Shown here piece after piece: positions 15,422 to 30,015 of a DNA stretch of 64,000 nucleotides. The notes below the pieces were generated by a model, which saw only the letters and a list, made by a program, of their open reading frames with translations, was not told where the DNA came from and ran no database searches. This DNA comes from Octopus vulgaris. Lineage: Eukaryota. Where the stretch lies: contig OX597837.1 of assembly GCA_951406725.2 (NCBI GenBank), forward strand, positions 43,276,001 through 43,340,000, written 5' to 3'. The first letter of the stretch is position 1. Every line of letters starts with the position of its first letter. The position numbers and the translations under genes are program-made.

Positions 15422-16690
15422 GATTTCATTTATTTGCCACAAGGGCGAACGACAAGGAGGACAATACAAAGACAGACATGATGTGTGGGTGTTTACATAG
15501 AATGAAAAGATAAAATATATATTTCTTTACTACCCACAAGGGTAGAGGGGACAAACAAGAACAGACAAAGGGATTAAGTCGATTACATCGACCCGAGTGC
15601 AAAACTGGTACTTTATTTATCGACCCCAAGAGGATGAACGGCAAAGTCAACCTCGGCGGAATTTGAACTCAGAAGGTAACGACAGACGAAATACCGCTAA
15701 GCATTTCGCCCGGTGCGCTAACGTTTCTGCCAGCCCGCCTCCTCAAAAAGATAAAATATATTTTTAAGAAAAAACGCAAGAATAAAAGAACGTATACACG
15801 GTATACACTGAAAAAGAAGGCGCCTATGCATAGCATACAAAGGTTTAAAAGTGGCGAGGAGGATGATAGAGATGTGGCCCTCCTGATACAGGAAGGCTTC
15901 TAGGAATAATCGAGGAATCCCACTGTCCGAGATTTCTCGGACACTGAACAAGAGCAAGTGCCCTCTCCAATTCCTTCTCTCTGACTACATATAGAGAGGT
16001 ACCATCCATTCTTGCCATTTTCGCAACTTTCACCTATCTTTCAATAAACTCACTCGAGGACTGCACTTCTCTCTCTACTCACAATTTGTTTTTCAAGTGA
16101 AACTTGAAGAAGTCAATGAGAGAGCTACAAAAGACGAAAGTATCTGTCCTCCTGCCTTTCAGCCTTGTCCATCAAATAACCTCTTTCGCAACCGCCACCA
16201 AGCAAAGGAAAGCTGCTTTGCCTTTCCGATTGAAGAAGGGAGGCGGTGTGATCATCACTACAGACTCGGCCGACAAACTGATTCATCCCACGCGTGACAG
16301 CCGCTGTTCGACACAACCCCACAAGTCAGCAATGCCCGGACACTGATCGAGGGCGTGCAGAACGGTTTCCTTACCCTGAGCACACCTCGGACAAGCCCGT
16401 CCCGTCACAGATCAAATCTGCGTCTGTAGAGTTTATCTCGAACCTTTAGCCTCCCCGCCCCGGTAGCACTGCCAGGCCGAGGACATCCGGAAATTATCCA
16501 TGATATTTCCCGACTGGAAAGTCATCTGGAACAGACTATCCAGTTCCTTCTCATCGGCGCCCAGAGACTCCTCGAAAACATCGTCGCACTTCCCTGCCAC
16601 TAATCCTCTATAAATTTCTAAAGCGAAACATCCGCCGATCCCATTGCCCAACTTATAGAGGGCTGTGAGCGTCTGAATCCTTTCTATTAA
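15422..16690 (-). mobile_element. L1/Tx1-clade LINE 3' fragment (ORF2 C-terminus with zf-RVT-type CCHC, plus 3' UTR), decayed
   Basis: Manual translation gives ...MDNFRMSSAWQCYRG / KVRDKLYR / ACPRCAQGKETVLHALDQCPGIADLW..., with frameshifts and stops. The 3' end has AATAAA (15429-15434, minus strand) followed by (ATT)n. Confidence 0.8.
15521..15744 (-). mobile_element. SINE type 1 nested in the LINE 3' UTR, with 16-bp TSD
   Basis: TSD aaaagataaaatatat at 15505-15520 and 15746-15761. The copy runs head to tail. Confidence 0.9.
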
Positions 16691-16796
16691 AGGCAGAAGG
16701 CCGGAAACTTGTGGGGAGAGGACCAATCAGTTACATCGACCCCCAAAGTTTCATTGGTACTTAATTTATCAGCCTCGAAAGGATGAAAGGCAAGGT

Positions 16797-17148
16797 TATC
16801 AGTTTGTTCGGGTCGCTGTTAGATGTTCTAGGACCCCCGCATTATCAAATACCTCCACAAAATAGGGATAACAGTGGCCGGTTGGAGGTATGAGCCCCGC
16901 GAGGTGGATTGGTTGCTGCAGCGAGTGCCACTGGCCATTCTCTGCAGCAACACCATCGTGGTGATGACCACAGGGCGAGGCTGAGCACACCATTTTCCCT
17001 GGGAATGTGGTTTATCGGCCCTCCTTTAACGCCCAAACCCACTTTCCTTTTCTTTCTTTTCTTATCTCTCTCTCTTTCTTCCTGTTTCTTTGTATTTAAA
17101 TGTTCTAATAAAATCACTATAAATTTTGTAATTAAGACAAAACAAAAC
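16797..17148 (+). mobile_element. CRE-like (restriction-like endonuclease) non-LTR retrotransposon 3' fragment
   Basis: With one frameshift it translates as YQFVRVAV...KYLHKIG...EPREVDWLLQRVPLAILCSNTIVV*, matching the recalled CRE C-terminal motif PRExxF/WLxQRxSxAIxRGN. Stop at 16982-16984, then AATAAA and (AAT)n. Confidence 0.65.
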
Positions 17149-17337
<189 letters not shown>

Positions 17338-17561
17338 TAAACTGTCTTACACTTTATCGCCTGTTCTGCATCACCATTGTCCTTCATTGGTTTTCAAAGC
17401 CTCTTTTTACTAACGGCATTTAACCACACAGACATTATCCTATTCTAAAGAATATCCTTAACAACAACAACAAAAATCCTAAAAACAAGAACAACAATAG
17501 CAACAACAATAGCTGAGATATTCATCAACATTATAACGATTGCAACACCACCACCACCACC

Positions 17562-17593
<32 letters not shown>

Positions 17594-17694
17594 CAATAGT
17601 AACGAAATTAAGGAAGAGGAAATATCACCAATATCTCAGAAGGAACATCAAGCCAGTTTCCCTCCTCCTCTTCGTCGTCGTCGCCATCCTCCTC

Positions 17695-17720
17695 TTCCTC
17701 ATCATCATCATTACCATCAT

Positions 17721-17752
<32 letters not shown>

Positions 17753-17984
17753 TCATCATTATTATCATCATCATCATCATCATTATCATCACCATCATCA
17801 TCATCATCATCATAATCATCATCATTATCATTCATCATAATCATCATCATTATCATAATCATCGTCATCATCATAATCATCATCATCATCATTCATCATA
17901 ATCATCATCACCACCATCATCATCATTACCATCATCACCACCACCATCATCATCATCATCATCATCATCATTATTGTCATCATC

Positions 17985-18015
<31 letters not shown>

Positions 18016-18076
18016 ACATCATCATAATCATCATCATCATCATCATCATCATCACCATCATTATCATCACCATCAC

Positions 18077-18120
<44 letters not shown>

Positions 18121-18141
18121 CCATCACCATCACCATCGTCG

Positions 18142-18189
<48 letters not shown>

Positions 18190-18560
18190 ATAATAATCAT
18201 CATCATCATCATCCTCATCATCAATAATAATCATCATCATCACCACCACCATCATCATCATCATCGCCATCATTATCCACCTCCTCCTCATCCCTATCCT
18301 CATCACCATCATCTTCATTACTAGCAATTGCGCAGCATCAGCACTATAGACACCATCGTCAAATCACTATTGTTGTCATCATTGCCATAACCGGCATTAT
18401 CTTCCTCCTACTCCTTCATCTCTTTTTCCTTCTCCTCTATCTCATCACCATCATCATCATCACCATCCCCATCGTCATCTCGTTATCCCCGTCATTATCA
18501 TCTTCATCGCCATCGTCACCCCCTTCGTTGTCACCATTATCGTAATCCTCCCCGTCACCG
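17695..18560. repeat. (CAT)n/(CAC)n compound microsatellite
   Basis: Read directly from the sequence. Confidence 0.95.
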
Positions 18561-18565
18561 CCACC

Positions 18566-18793
18566 AGCAGCAGCCGTCCAAGAATTTGAACCTGGAGATC
18601 TCCATTTCCAGCGATTTCAAGGGCCACCTCCCAGTGGTGTCAGGCATCAACGAAGAGCCCTCGACTACAACAAGACGACCAAAGTTTTTTTTTTCCCAAG
18701 GTCTGGGGTCTCCCGCCCCCTAAGCCCCAGACCATCACCTAATCACCCTTACCCGTCTTGTTGCTTAACAACAACAGCAACAGCAGCAGCAGC

Positions 18794-18840
<47 letters not shown>

Positions 18841-19080
18841 CAGTAGTAGTAGTAGCAGCGGCAGCAGCCGTTCAAGAATTTGGACCTGGAGATCTCCATT
18901 TCCAGCGACTTCGAGGGTCACCTCCCAGTGATGTCGGGCGTCAACGAAGAGCCCTCGACTACATCAAGACGACCAAAGTTTCTTTTTTCCAAAGGTCTGG
19001 GGTCTCCCGCCCCCTAAGCCCTAGTCCGTCACCTAATCACCCTTACCCGTCTTGTTGCTTAACAACAACAACAGCAGCAG
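18566..19080. repeat. Direct duplication of a ~215-bp GC-richer unit, separated by (CAG)/(TAG)n
   Basis: 18566-18780 and 18860-19075 align closely (gccgt.caagaattt...cgtcttgttgcttaacaac). Confidence 0.9.
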
Positions 19081-19960
19081 CAGCACTTTCCCCACCGACA
19101 CCACCACCACCATTACCACCACCACGTCCATCTTTGGCTACTGAATTATATGGAAGACAGAAAAGCTAGGTCTTCCTTTTTCAGGGACCTCTGTCATTCA
19201 TTTCTAGCCGCGGTTCGATGCACGAAACTGGATTTGGTTAAAGAGAGACGATGAGCGATGGCTAGAAGGATATTGAGTTTAACTTCATAACCAGCTGATC
19301 TAGCAAGCGGGGCCTCATATCAGTGAGGGGGGCCGGTGCGCATTGATGCCGTCGAGAGGTAGGCCCCGAAACGGCGCGCATTCTCTCCTGATGACCCCAT
19401 ACACTTGCTGGCTTCCGGTATACGGAGCTTTTGACTGGTAGCACTTGCATGTGCAAGTTGTTTGCAAGACATCTTCCAGGAAAACGTTCCATATCGAGAA
19501 CTAACAACGTAGAGACGGAAAAAATGCCGCCAGGCACTTTGTTCGGCGTTCTAACCATTCTGCCAACTGCTGCTGATACTGATGATGATGATGGTGGTGA
19601 TGGTGGTGACGATATTAATCTCCACGCTTCTCCCTTTAGGTTGAGCTACAATTGAAAGAGTATTACGCTTTTGTTTATTTCCCATGTGTAAAAGGTATTG
19701 ACTTGTAGATTTTCTAACACTCTACTCCCTTACTGTAGTTGTGACAGGAAATATTCATAGAAATATTTGCGGTGACTTGATAAAATGAATAATCTTTATC
19801 CAAATATGAAACATTTTCTTTTTATTTTTGCCAATCTCTATAAGAAGATACTGCAAACTTTAGGAACTTATCTCCATATGAGTACGTTTAATAAAAAATA
19901 TATCCATAAATAAATACATATTTTCGGTGTTTTGTGAGTATAGGTTTACCTATATCGCAG

Positions 19961-20020
<60 letters not shown>

Positions 20021-20067
20021 GCAACAACAACAACAAGAACAATAATAATAATAATTATTATTATGAT

Positions 20068-20879
20068 GATTTCATTTATTTGGCACAACGGCGAAGGATG
20101 ATGATGATGAGGAGAAGGATGATGATGATGATGATGATGATGATTATGAGGAGGAGGAGGAGGAGGAGGACGATGATGATGATGATGATGAGGGGAATAC
20201 AAAGACATACATAAATTGGGGGGAAGGTTAAATATAATGAAGAGATAAAAAAGAAAGAAAGATAGTAAGTATACAGGGTATACACTGAAGAAGAAGGCAC
20301 ATATGCATTAGCATGTAAAGGTTTTCAATGAAAGTGGCGGGGAGGATAGAGATGTGGCCCTTCTTATACAAGAAGGCCTCTACGGATAATCGAGGAACTC
20401 CACTGTCCGAGATTTCCCTGAAACCTCATGAGCAATTGCCCTCTCCTATTCCTTCTCTCCGACTCACAGGTCTACTCTTAGAGAGGTGCCATCCACTCTT
20501 GCCATTTTCGCAACTTTAACCCACCTTTCAGTAAACTCTCTCGAAGACAGCACTTACCTCTCCACTCTCAATTTCCTTTTCAAGTCAATGAGAGCTGAAC
20601 CAAAGTGGAATCTATCTGTCTTCACACCTTTCAGTCTTGTCCACCTAGTCCATCACAGCCACCAGGCAAAAGAAAGCTGCCTTACCTGCCCGACTGAAGA
20701 AGAGAGGCGGTGTGATCATCACTACAGACTCGGCCGACAGACAGTTTCGTCCCACACGTGACAGCCGCTGTTCGACATAACCTTGCAAATCAGCAATGCC
20801 CGGACACTTAACGGTGGTATTCAGTACGGTTTCGTCACTCTGTGCGCACCTCGGACAAGCCCGTCTGACAGCACATCCG
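20068..20879 (-). mobile_element. Second L1/Tx1-clade LINE 3' fragment
   Basis: Aligns with 15422-16410 and translates as ACPRCAQSDETVLNTTVKCPGIA. Same 3' terminus followed by (ATT)n. Confidence 0.8.
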
Positions 20880-20884
20880 TAACT

Positions 20885-21365
20885 TTAAGGATGAGAGATA
20901 GAGTCGACCTCGGCGGAAATTGAACTCAGAACATAGCAACGGGCGAAATACCTATTTCTTTATTACCCACAAGGGGCTAAACACAGAGGGGACAAACAAG
21001 GACAGACAAACGGATTAAGTCGATTATATCGATCACAGTGCGTAACTGGTACTTATTTAATCGACCCCGAAAGAATGAAAGGTAAAGTCGACCTCGGTCG
21101 AATTTGAACTCAAAACGTAACGGTAGACGAAATACCTATTTCTTTACTACCCACAAGGGGATAAACACAGAGGGGACAAACAAGGACAGACAAACGGATT
21201 AAGTCGATTACATCGACCCCAGTGCGTCACCGGTACTTAATTTATCGACCCGAAAGGAGTAAAGATACAGTCGACCTCGGCGGAATTTGAACTCAGAACG
21301 CAGCGGCAAACGAAATACCGCTACGCATTTCACCCGGCTTGCTAACGGTTCTGCCAGCTCACCAC
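20885..21365 (-). mobile_element. Head-to-tail SINE type 1 multimer
   Basis: Units of about 185 bp joined at gaaatacc|tatttcttta. Confidence 0.85.
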
Positions 21366-21817
21366 CGTAATGATAATAATAATAAAATAATAATAATAAT
21401 CATAATAATAATCATAATAATAATATTTTTTGTGGGGTGGCGGTGTTAAATCGATTACATCGACCCCAGTACTCAACTGGTAGTTATTCTATCGACCCTG
21501 AAAGGACGTAAGGCAAAGTCTTGTTTCGCGTGCTAACAGTTCTGCCAGCATCTGCGATTGCTGCTGCTGCTGATGTTCACAATGATGATGATGATGATGA
21601 TGCTGAGGAATATAATGATGCTGACGATGATGATGATGGCAATGATGATTATCATCATGATCATCACCATAACGAAGTAAACATACACAACCATACTCTA
21701 CTACGACTATCAACATCCTCACCAGCACCATCGCCTTCATCAACGATATTATTATTCTTATATTTATCTTCCACTTCAAATACTTTTCCGCCCCCTCCCC
21801 TTCCTCCTCTTTCTCGC

Positions 21818-22018
21818 TCTTCTTCTTCTTCTTCATCTTCTTCTTCTTCTTCTTCTTCTTCTTCTTCTTCTCCTCCTTCTTCTTCATCATCTTCTTCTTC
21901 TTCTTCTTCTTCTTCTTCTTCTTCTTCTTCTTCTTCTTCTTCTTCTTCTCTTCTTATTATTATTATTATTATTATTATTATTCTTCTTCTTCTTCTTCTT
22001 CTTCTTCTTCTTCTTCTT

Positions 22019-22049
<31 letters not shown>

Positions 22050-22066
22050 TTATTATTATTATAATA

Positions 22067-22106
<40 letters not shown>

Positions 22107-22335
22107 TTTGCTTTCTGCATATTCTTACACATTTTCCTCCATCTCTCCTCCTTACATTTCTCCACCTCCTTCCTTTTCGCCTTTATCTTTTTCCTCTCCT
22201 TCCTCTTCATCTTTTTCGTTTCTTCTTTATGTTCTTCTTTTCCCATGTCCTCTTCTCCTTTTCCTTCTTTTTCTTCCTGCGATCCTCCTACTTCTCTTCT
22301 TTTCCTTTTCTTCATTCTTCTTCTTCTTCTTCTAC

Positions 22336-22367
<32 letters not shown>

Positions 22368-22400
22368 CTTCTTCTTCTTCTTCTTCTTCTTCCTTCTTCT
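21818..22400. repeat. (TTC)n/(ATT)n compound microsatellite
   Basis: Read directly from the sequence. Confidence 0.95.
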
Positions 22401-22559
22401 TCGTTCTTTTCCCACTTTAGTCATCCTATCTATATATCTTTTCTCTACAGTTTAAAACTTCCATCTAATTAAAAACAAACCAAATATATTCCGGGTAATC
22501 TTTCAAAGTAATCAAATCTGTTGATTATACATACATACACACACATACATACGTACATA

Positions 22560-23111
<552 letters not shown>

Positions 23112-23895
23112 CATCTGAGACCAGATCTCATAATTACATTACAGAAGAGGAAACTGGATTTTGAAACAATTCTTGCAGAATGAACGTTATTGCATTATAA
23201 TATTTTCTGCATTACTAGCACACACACACACACACACGCCAGCACTCTCCTCTTCTGTCCATCACTCACTTCCACGCATTGTCTCTCTGCCTCTCTCTCT
23301 CTCTCTCTCTCTATCCTGCTTTATATCTCCCTCTCTCTTTTTCCCTCCGTATACGTATGTATTTCTGTATGTAAACGATATGTGTAGTCTTTGTTTTAAT
23401 GTGTTGCGGTATGTGACTGTATTAGACTTATAATTGGTAGCTTAGTTGGATATTGTAGTAGCAGCAGTAGTAGTAGTAGTTGTTGTTGGTGCTGTTGTTG
23501 TTGGTGCTGTTGTTGTTGGTGCTGTTGTTGTTCTTCTTCTTGTTGATAATTTCTATAAAAATTGCATTCATTACAAGACTAAAAAGAATAATATGATTTT
23601 CTCAGATATATTGCAAAAAGAAAAAGTGATTTCGGATACATACACATACATATATTAACACACACACACTGTTACAAACGCTCATACACATATAGCAATA
23701 TGGTCGTAGATACACCGTACACACAAACATACAAGTGCACACACATGCACACACACTCACGTATACACGCACATACACTCACATACATACAAACATGCGT
23801 AGATACACACTTATAGCGATGAATGGAAGAATAGCTACGAAGCTAGATAGGTAACAACATAAATAGATAGAAGAATAGAGAGAGAGAGAGAGAGA

Positions 23896-23945
<50 letters not shown>

Positions 23946-24187
23946 GACCGAAAGTGTGGTAGATAGATGCAGTAATTATGTAGATGAATATTTTGTTTTG
24001 TTACGCGCAACGTACGTCTTTGTGCAAAGCGTAAGAAGAATCCTCGATAAAAATGAAAAATATTCCAGATTTAGGAAGATAACGTACATACTCGTTACAT
24101 AAAGTGGCAACAAGCGTTACTTAATATATATATGAGTGGCTGTGTGGTAAGCAACTTGCTTCCCAACCACATGGTTCCGGGTTCATT

Positions 24188-24390
24188 CGCCGTGATTGAT
24201 CGCTAGCCACTAAAACTTTTTTTTATTTTCCCTCTCTGTTTATTTCTGTGTTTCTTTCTGCTGAAGAGCGTAGCCTCGAAACGTAAAGTTCTTTCTCACT
24301 TCCCGAGCATTAACGTTAAACTAATACATCTGTTTGTTGTTTACACACCTGTCTTCGTCTTTTGCTTTGTTTGTTTTTTGTAAATTCCAA
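24188..24390 (+). mobile_element. Family B mini-element
   Basis: TCTTT-CTGCTGA-A-GAGC-GTAG-CCTC-GAAA-CG-TA-AAG at 24253-24288. The 3' end is at (TA)n. Confidence 0.65.
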
Positions 24391-24529
24391 TTATATATAT
24401 ATATATATATATATAATTTCACCAAAACAATTTAGATTCAAGTGAATATGGTACTTAACTTAGATGCACCAGAATATGGTATTACCCATAAATTATGTGG
24501 GCGATTACCAAAAATAAGCAACAAGCAGC

Positions 24530-24790
24530 AAGTTTAGATGGGCATCGCAGAGTGGACACGTCGCCCGGCTAACCGATAATCGGTGGACCCGCGCAGTTGT
24601 CGAGTGGTACTCGCGCGAGCGGAAACGACCTCCCGGAAGGCCTCCACGACGGTGGAGTTACGATTTCAGGAGTACGATTGGGATCACGTGGATGAGAAAG
24701 GCGCGATCCAGAGAGGAGTGGACAGCGTGCTGTGACCAGCGGTGTCAAATGGACGCCTGACGGACTGGTCGGTCAAGGTGATCAAGGTGA
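24530..24790 (+). mobile_element. RTE-clade LINE 3' fragment
   Basis: In frame: KFRWA(SQS)GHVARLTDNRWTRAVVEWYSRERKRPPGRPPRRWSYDF...*, stop at 24758-24760, followed by a short tandem tail (tcaaggtga)x2. Confidence 0.85.
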
Positions 24791-25030
24791 TATATAAATA
24801 TATATATATATACACTCAGTAAAGTGTATCCCTATATGGACAAGCGTTCAAGGCATCGCCTTTAAGAGTTTTATCAGTCGAATAAAGTGACCCCTGATAC
24901 ATATTCCACCGGTCTCTTTTGCTTTTGCCGAACTGCTAAGTTACAGAGATATACAAGCATACATACATACATACATACATATATATACACATATATATAT
25001 ATATATGATTGCATATATATGTTTATATAA

Positions 25031-25081
<51 letters not shown>

Positions 25082-25609
25082 AGACAATTTCTTGATTTAT
25101 TAAACTCATCACTACCTCTAAACAATGTATTTCAACAAATCTAATTAATTAAGAGCAGCTCCCCTAGTTTGAAGGGGAGAAAATGCCATGAATAAAGTAT
25201 TGTCCAAAACTGACATGGCTTTAATGAAAGAGACAGGCTTATTATTTGGAAATGCTAGAGAAGTCGTTTGTACTAGTTTCTGACTCAATAAACGTCATCC
25301 GCACAATAATTGCCCGTCTATAAGTTGTATATCATATACCATATGTGAAATTGTGACTTGATTTTGTTTTCAAATGTTGCACCGTATTAGCTTTGATTCT
25401 TTTCATATTTATTAAGACGTATTGGTATTCAATTAGCAGAAAATGGAAATGGAGATGTATTTTCATTTAAACTTTGAAACAATTATTGATATAATAATTA
25501 CAATACATTTCGGTAAATTAATTTTCAATTATACTGTTAATGTAAGTTCAGTGATTTCCTCAGTTCTGGAAAGGTTTTATGTTGGTGATATATTTCAGTC
25601 ATTTCCGTT

Positions 25610-25671
<62 letters not shown>

Positions 25672-25729
25672 TCCTCTATTTACATAATATTGAGGTCTCT
25701 TTCTTTCTTTTGTTATCTTACCGTTTTAT

Positions 25730-25773
<44 letters not shown>

Positions 25774-27479
25774 GTATATATATAATGTGATATAATATAA
25801 TATAATATAATATATACACATATATGTATGTATATGTATGTGTATATGTATGTATATATAGTTGCATATATATATATGTGTGTGTACATATATAATTATG
25901 GCCAGATTGGAGCAATCTCGAGTATAACCAGCTGAAATTGCAAGGATAATCTGGAACTCGAGACAGAATTTTTTGCGTTTAGAGATCAGTGTCAACTTTG
26001 AAGTCGTACCCTGTGAAATTTATAGTTTAGTGTCTGTGGCATGACTTGTTCATTGTAGGTTTCTAAATAAACAGAAATACCTAATAAAATCAACACGTAT
26101 CATCTTACTGTTTCTTTTATCTCTTTATTGATTGCCTGTTTTTATTATTTGTTTAAATTTGTTATATTAATATATTTGTCTGCATCTGTTTACTTTATGC
26201 GTGTTTCAGTATTATGTATACCTGTCATGTATTTGTGTACATCATTAATATATAAGTGCATGTGGATGTATGTATTCATGTATAAGTTTAAATGTACATT
26301 TATACATTCATGTGTGTGTGTGTGTCTGAGTGTGATTGTGTGTGAATTTGTGTGTGTGTGTGAAGGGGTGTCTGTCTCCAAAACTCCAAAGTTGAGTAAC
26401 ATTTTCATGTTTGGATTTGTTATCTACGATAAGAATAACGCTGGTCAACAAGGAATTTATTCAAAGGAAAAGAATATCAGTTCTTATATGTTTTTGCATG
26501 CATAATTCCAAAATAGTGTCAAATTATCTGTATCACCCATAGTTTCTCTGTTCCACGATATCCCTCTCAGTTCCTGTTACGTGGGCTAAATATCAGTTAA
26601 GCTGTTGAAATGTGAAGCTAACGGTTTAAGAAATACTCCTAATTTAAATTTTTATGAATAGAATTAATCTAGTGAAATCATAAATCCAGCTATCTGAGTC
26701 AATGAGTCCCAAAAATATAGGAAATGAACAATATATAAAAATACTATCACAAAAAAAGCACAGAAAATTACTAACATTCAGAAACACAAAAAAATATGTA
26801 ATAAACTAACACACAAAAAAATTAAATCAAAATATGCAGGTGAAAAGAATCTCGTGGTGTGAAGAATCAACATAGAATAAGTGAACCACAACACACCATG
26901 CGGTTGTCATGGTAACAAGCTGTTAATGCCACGCTGTCTGTTGATTGGCTAAAATTACCCAAATTTCCCTACTTTATTTCCAAATAACATCAGATTTTTT
27001 AATTTTCGAGATAAAATAATTGGCTGATCGTAATTAAAATACAGAGCTGCATCGATACACCAAAGTTGAAAGCAATCTGAGCAAAATTAAAGGGATCTCA
27101 TTTTGCGAATGAAAAAGACTCGATCCGGATTTTATCACATTTCTAGGTAATTTGACAGCAGGAAGATGTCCCTGACCCACAACATCACTCGCTTTTGAAA
27201 ACACAAGGTTTGCATGTAGGGCTCGAACTCGCTCACTTTTCGTGAACAAGGTAATGCTCGAGAATGCATCTTTATGAATAGCCTTACTACACAGCCACGC
27301 CTGCGCCCATGTTGTAAATTTTTCCCGCATCGAAGTTCGATAAACTGAAAATATTGTTTTCTAGCTGACGGTTAGCAGCTGGGATTGCTGTGTATGTGAA
27401 TAAAATTCTAAAATTAGGGAAAGGTGCAGATTATATTCAGAGAAGGGAAAGCATATTAGTGGAGAAGTAATATATGTGT

Positions 27480-27825
27480 GTGTCCGACTGTCTTTGTGTT
27501 CTGAGTTCAAATTCCGCCGTGGTCGACTTTGCCTTTCATCCTTTCGAGGTCGATAAATTAATTACCAGTTCCGTACTAGGGTCGATCTAATCGACTGGCC
27601 CCTTCCCCTCAAATTTCGGGCTTTGTGCCTAGAATAGAAAAGAATATATGGGAGTGGGTTCGTCTGTCTTTACGTTCTGAGTTCAAATTCCGCCGAGGTC
27701 GACTTTACCTTTCATCCTTTCGAGGTCGATAATATGAGTACCAATTAAGTACTGGGGTCGATCTAACAAACTGCCCCACCTCCCCCAAAATTTCGGGCCT
27801 TGTGTCTAGAATAGAAAAGAATATA
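27480..27825 (+). mobile_element. SINE type 1 dimer with the alternative tail
   Basis: Two units, each ending tttcggg..ttgtg.ctagaatagaaaagaat. Confidence 0.8.
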
Positions 27826-28415
27826 TGGGAGTTGGTAAATATCTAAACTTGTTAAAGAAAAGAATAAGAATATGGAAAAGAAGAGAAGGACGAATAGAAG
27901 GAAAAACTGGGTATCATTGAAGCTAGAGAGGTGAATGTTTTTGTGGGTCTAGGCTGGGGTCAATTACGGGCCTACTGTAGAATAAATAAATAAATATATT
28001 ATGGTACTCTATAAATACATTTAAAAAGAATAAAGGAGAAAGCTCTAAAAGTGGTATCAATTTATGATTTGTTAGGAGGAGGGGCGAAGGAGAAGCTGGT
28101 AATAATAATTTTGGCTGATAAGGGAACATATTAGTTCTAGGTAAGTTGGTGGTTTATCGCTTGATTTTAAAACTACGTCATCGCAATATTGGCGCGCATC
28201 TGCGTAGTTTTTTGTGCACCCGTAAAATCTAGTATGCGTGTGTGCGAGCGTGGGCGCTTGTATATTCTCATGTACTGAAGAAAGTAAGTGTAGGGAGATA
28301 AAAATGTTAGGAAAAAAATATAAAGTATAAACAAATAAAGGAATTATAAATAAAATATAAAGAACAAAATACAACATGATTACACACACACACACACATA
28401 TATTCACACATACAT

Positions 28416-28461
<46 letters not shown>

Positions 28462-28514
28462 ATATATATACAGATATATATATACATATATACATATATA
28501 TATATATATATGTA

Positions 28515-28547
<33 letters not shown>

Positions 28548-29099
28548 ATATATATATATGTATATATTTTTATATATATATATACATATATATATACATA
28601 TATATATATATATACATATATATATATGTATATACATATACATATACATACATATATATATATACAGATATGAGTTTGGTTGTCTTTATGTATGTTTGCG
28701 TTACTCATATATATTATTTAATCATTTGCTAACATTTCATATCCTATAATCCATATTATCGAACTGTCGTTTATGTTTCTTTATATTTGTTATTGTTCCT
28801 TTTCAAAGAATTAGCATTTTAATGTATCACTAATATTTTAAATTTTGTTATGTCTTGACATTTAAATTTTGATATGTACTGACATTTAATTTTTTGTTAT
28901 TTCTTAACATAATCGCAGGCGTTGTTTCGTAGTAAGAAGCTTTTCTCCTGCTTTTCTAAGGAGGTGTGTAATTATCTCTTCCGGGTCTCCGACTTGCGGG
29001 ATTGCCTGTAGGCGGCAAAAGATCTGATCGGGAATGATTGATAAGAGGCTTAGCGCCTCAATTTAGGTTCATTACTTTGTGTTTTTTTTTTGTTTAAAA

Positions 29100-30015
29100 A
29101 AACAGCTTGTTTACCGACCACATGGTTCCGGGTTCAGTCCCACAGCGTGGTAGTTTGGGCAAGTGTCTTCTACTATAGCCCCGGGCCGACCAAAGCCTTG
29201 TGAGTGGATTTGGTAGACGGAAACTGAAAGAAGCCCGTCGTATATATGTATATATATATATATGCCTGTGTGTGTTTGTGTGAGTGTGTTTGTCCCCCTA
29301 GCATTGCTTGACAACCGATGCTGGTGTGTTTATGTCCCCGTTACTTAGCGGTTCGGCAAAAGAGACCGATAGAATGAGTACTGGGCTTACAAAAGAATAA
29401 GTCCCGGTGTCGAGTTGCTCGATTAAAGGTGGTGCTCCAGCATGGCCGCAGTCAAATGATTGAAACAAGTAAAAGAGTAAAGAGTAAGAGAGAGTAAAAA
29501 CAAAAATGAACCGTGTTCTCGAGGGGCTTCGATCGGCAGGCATCGTTTTGCTTCTCTCATTAATATCATTATTTCGTTCATCATTTCATCTCATTTGTGT
29601 TAATGTCCATCCCGCACTTGCTTCTATCTTTGTAATGCTTTTATGACAAATTTGAGGAAATAAAGAAGCTTGCTTCCCAACCACATAGTTCCTGTTTCGG
29701 TACCACTGCGTGAAATCTTGGCCATGTGTATTCTATCATAGTCTCAGGCTGACCAAAGCCTTCTGAGTGGATCTGCTAGACGGAAACTGAAATAAAACCG
29801 TCGTATACATATGTACACAGGCGCAGGCTTGGCTATATAGTAAGAAGCTTGCTTCTTGACTATATTGTCCCGAGTTCAGTCCCACTGCGTGGCAACTTAT
29901 GAGTGAATTTGATAGACGGAAACTGAAAGAAGCCCCTCGTATATATTTACATATAGATATTTTTGTGTGTGTCTGTGTTTTGTCCCTTCACCATCGCTTA
30001 ACAACCGATGCTGGC
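29100..30015 (+). mobile_element. SINE type 2 (CORE-type, Octopus OR1-like): one near-full and two partial copies
   Basis: tRNA-like head (gggttcagtccc), ttgggcaagtg core, internal (TA)/(TG) tract, and tail ...tgaaacaagtaaaagag. Confidence 0.75.

Noticed and set aside
19335-19400. CGAAAC followed by CTGATGA
   Set aside because: The stem II strands are not complementary (cccc/cccc). At best it is a heavily decayed remnant.
26905-26952. RFX-like GTCATGGTAAC plus inverted CCAAT
   Set aside because: These are short motifs in sequence that may be a DNA-transposon remnant, and they cannot support a promoter call.
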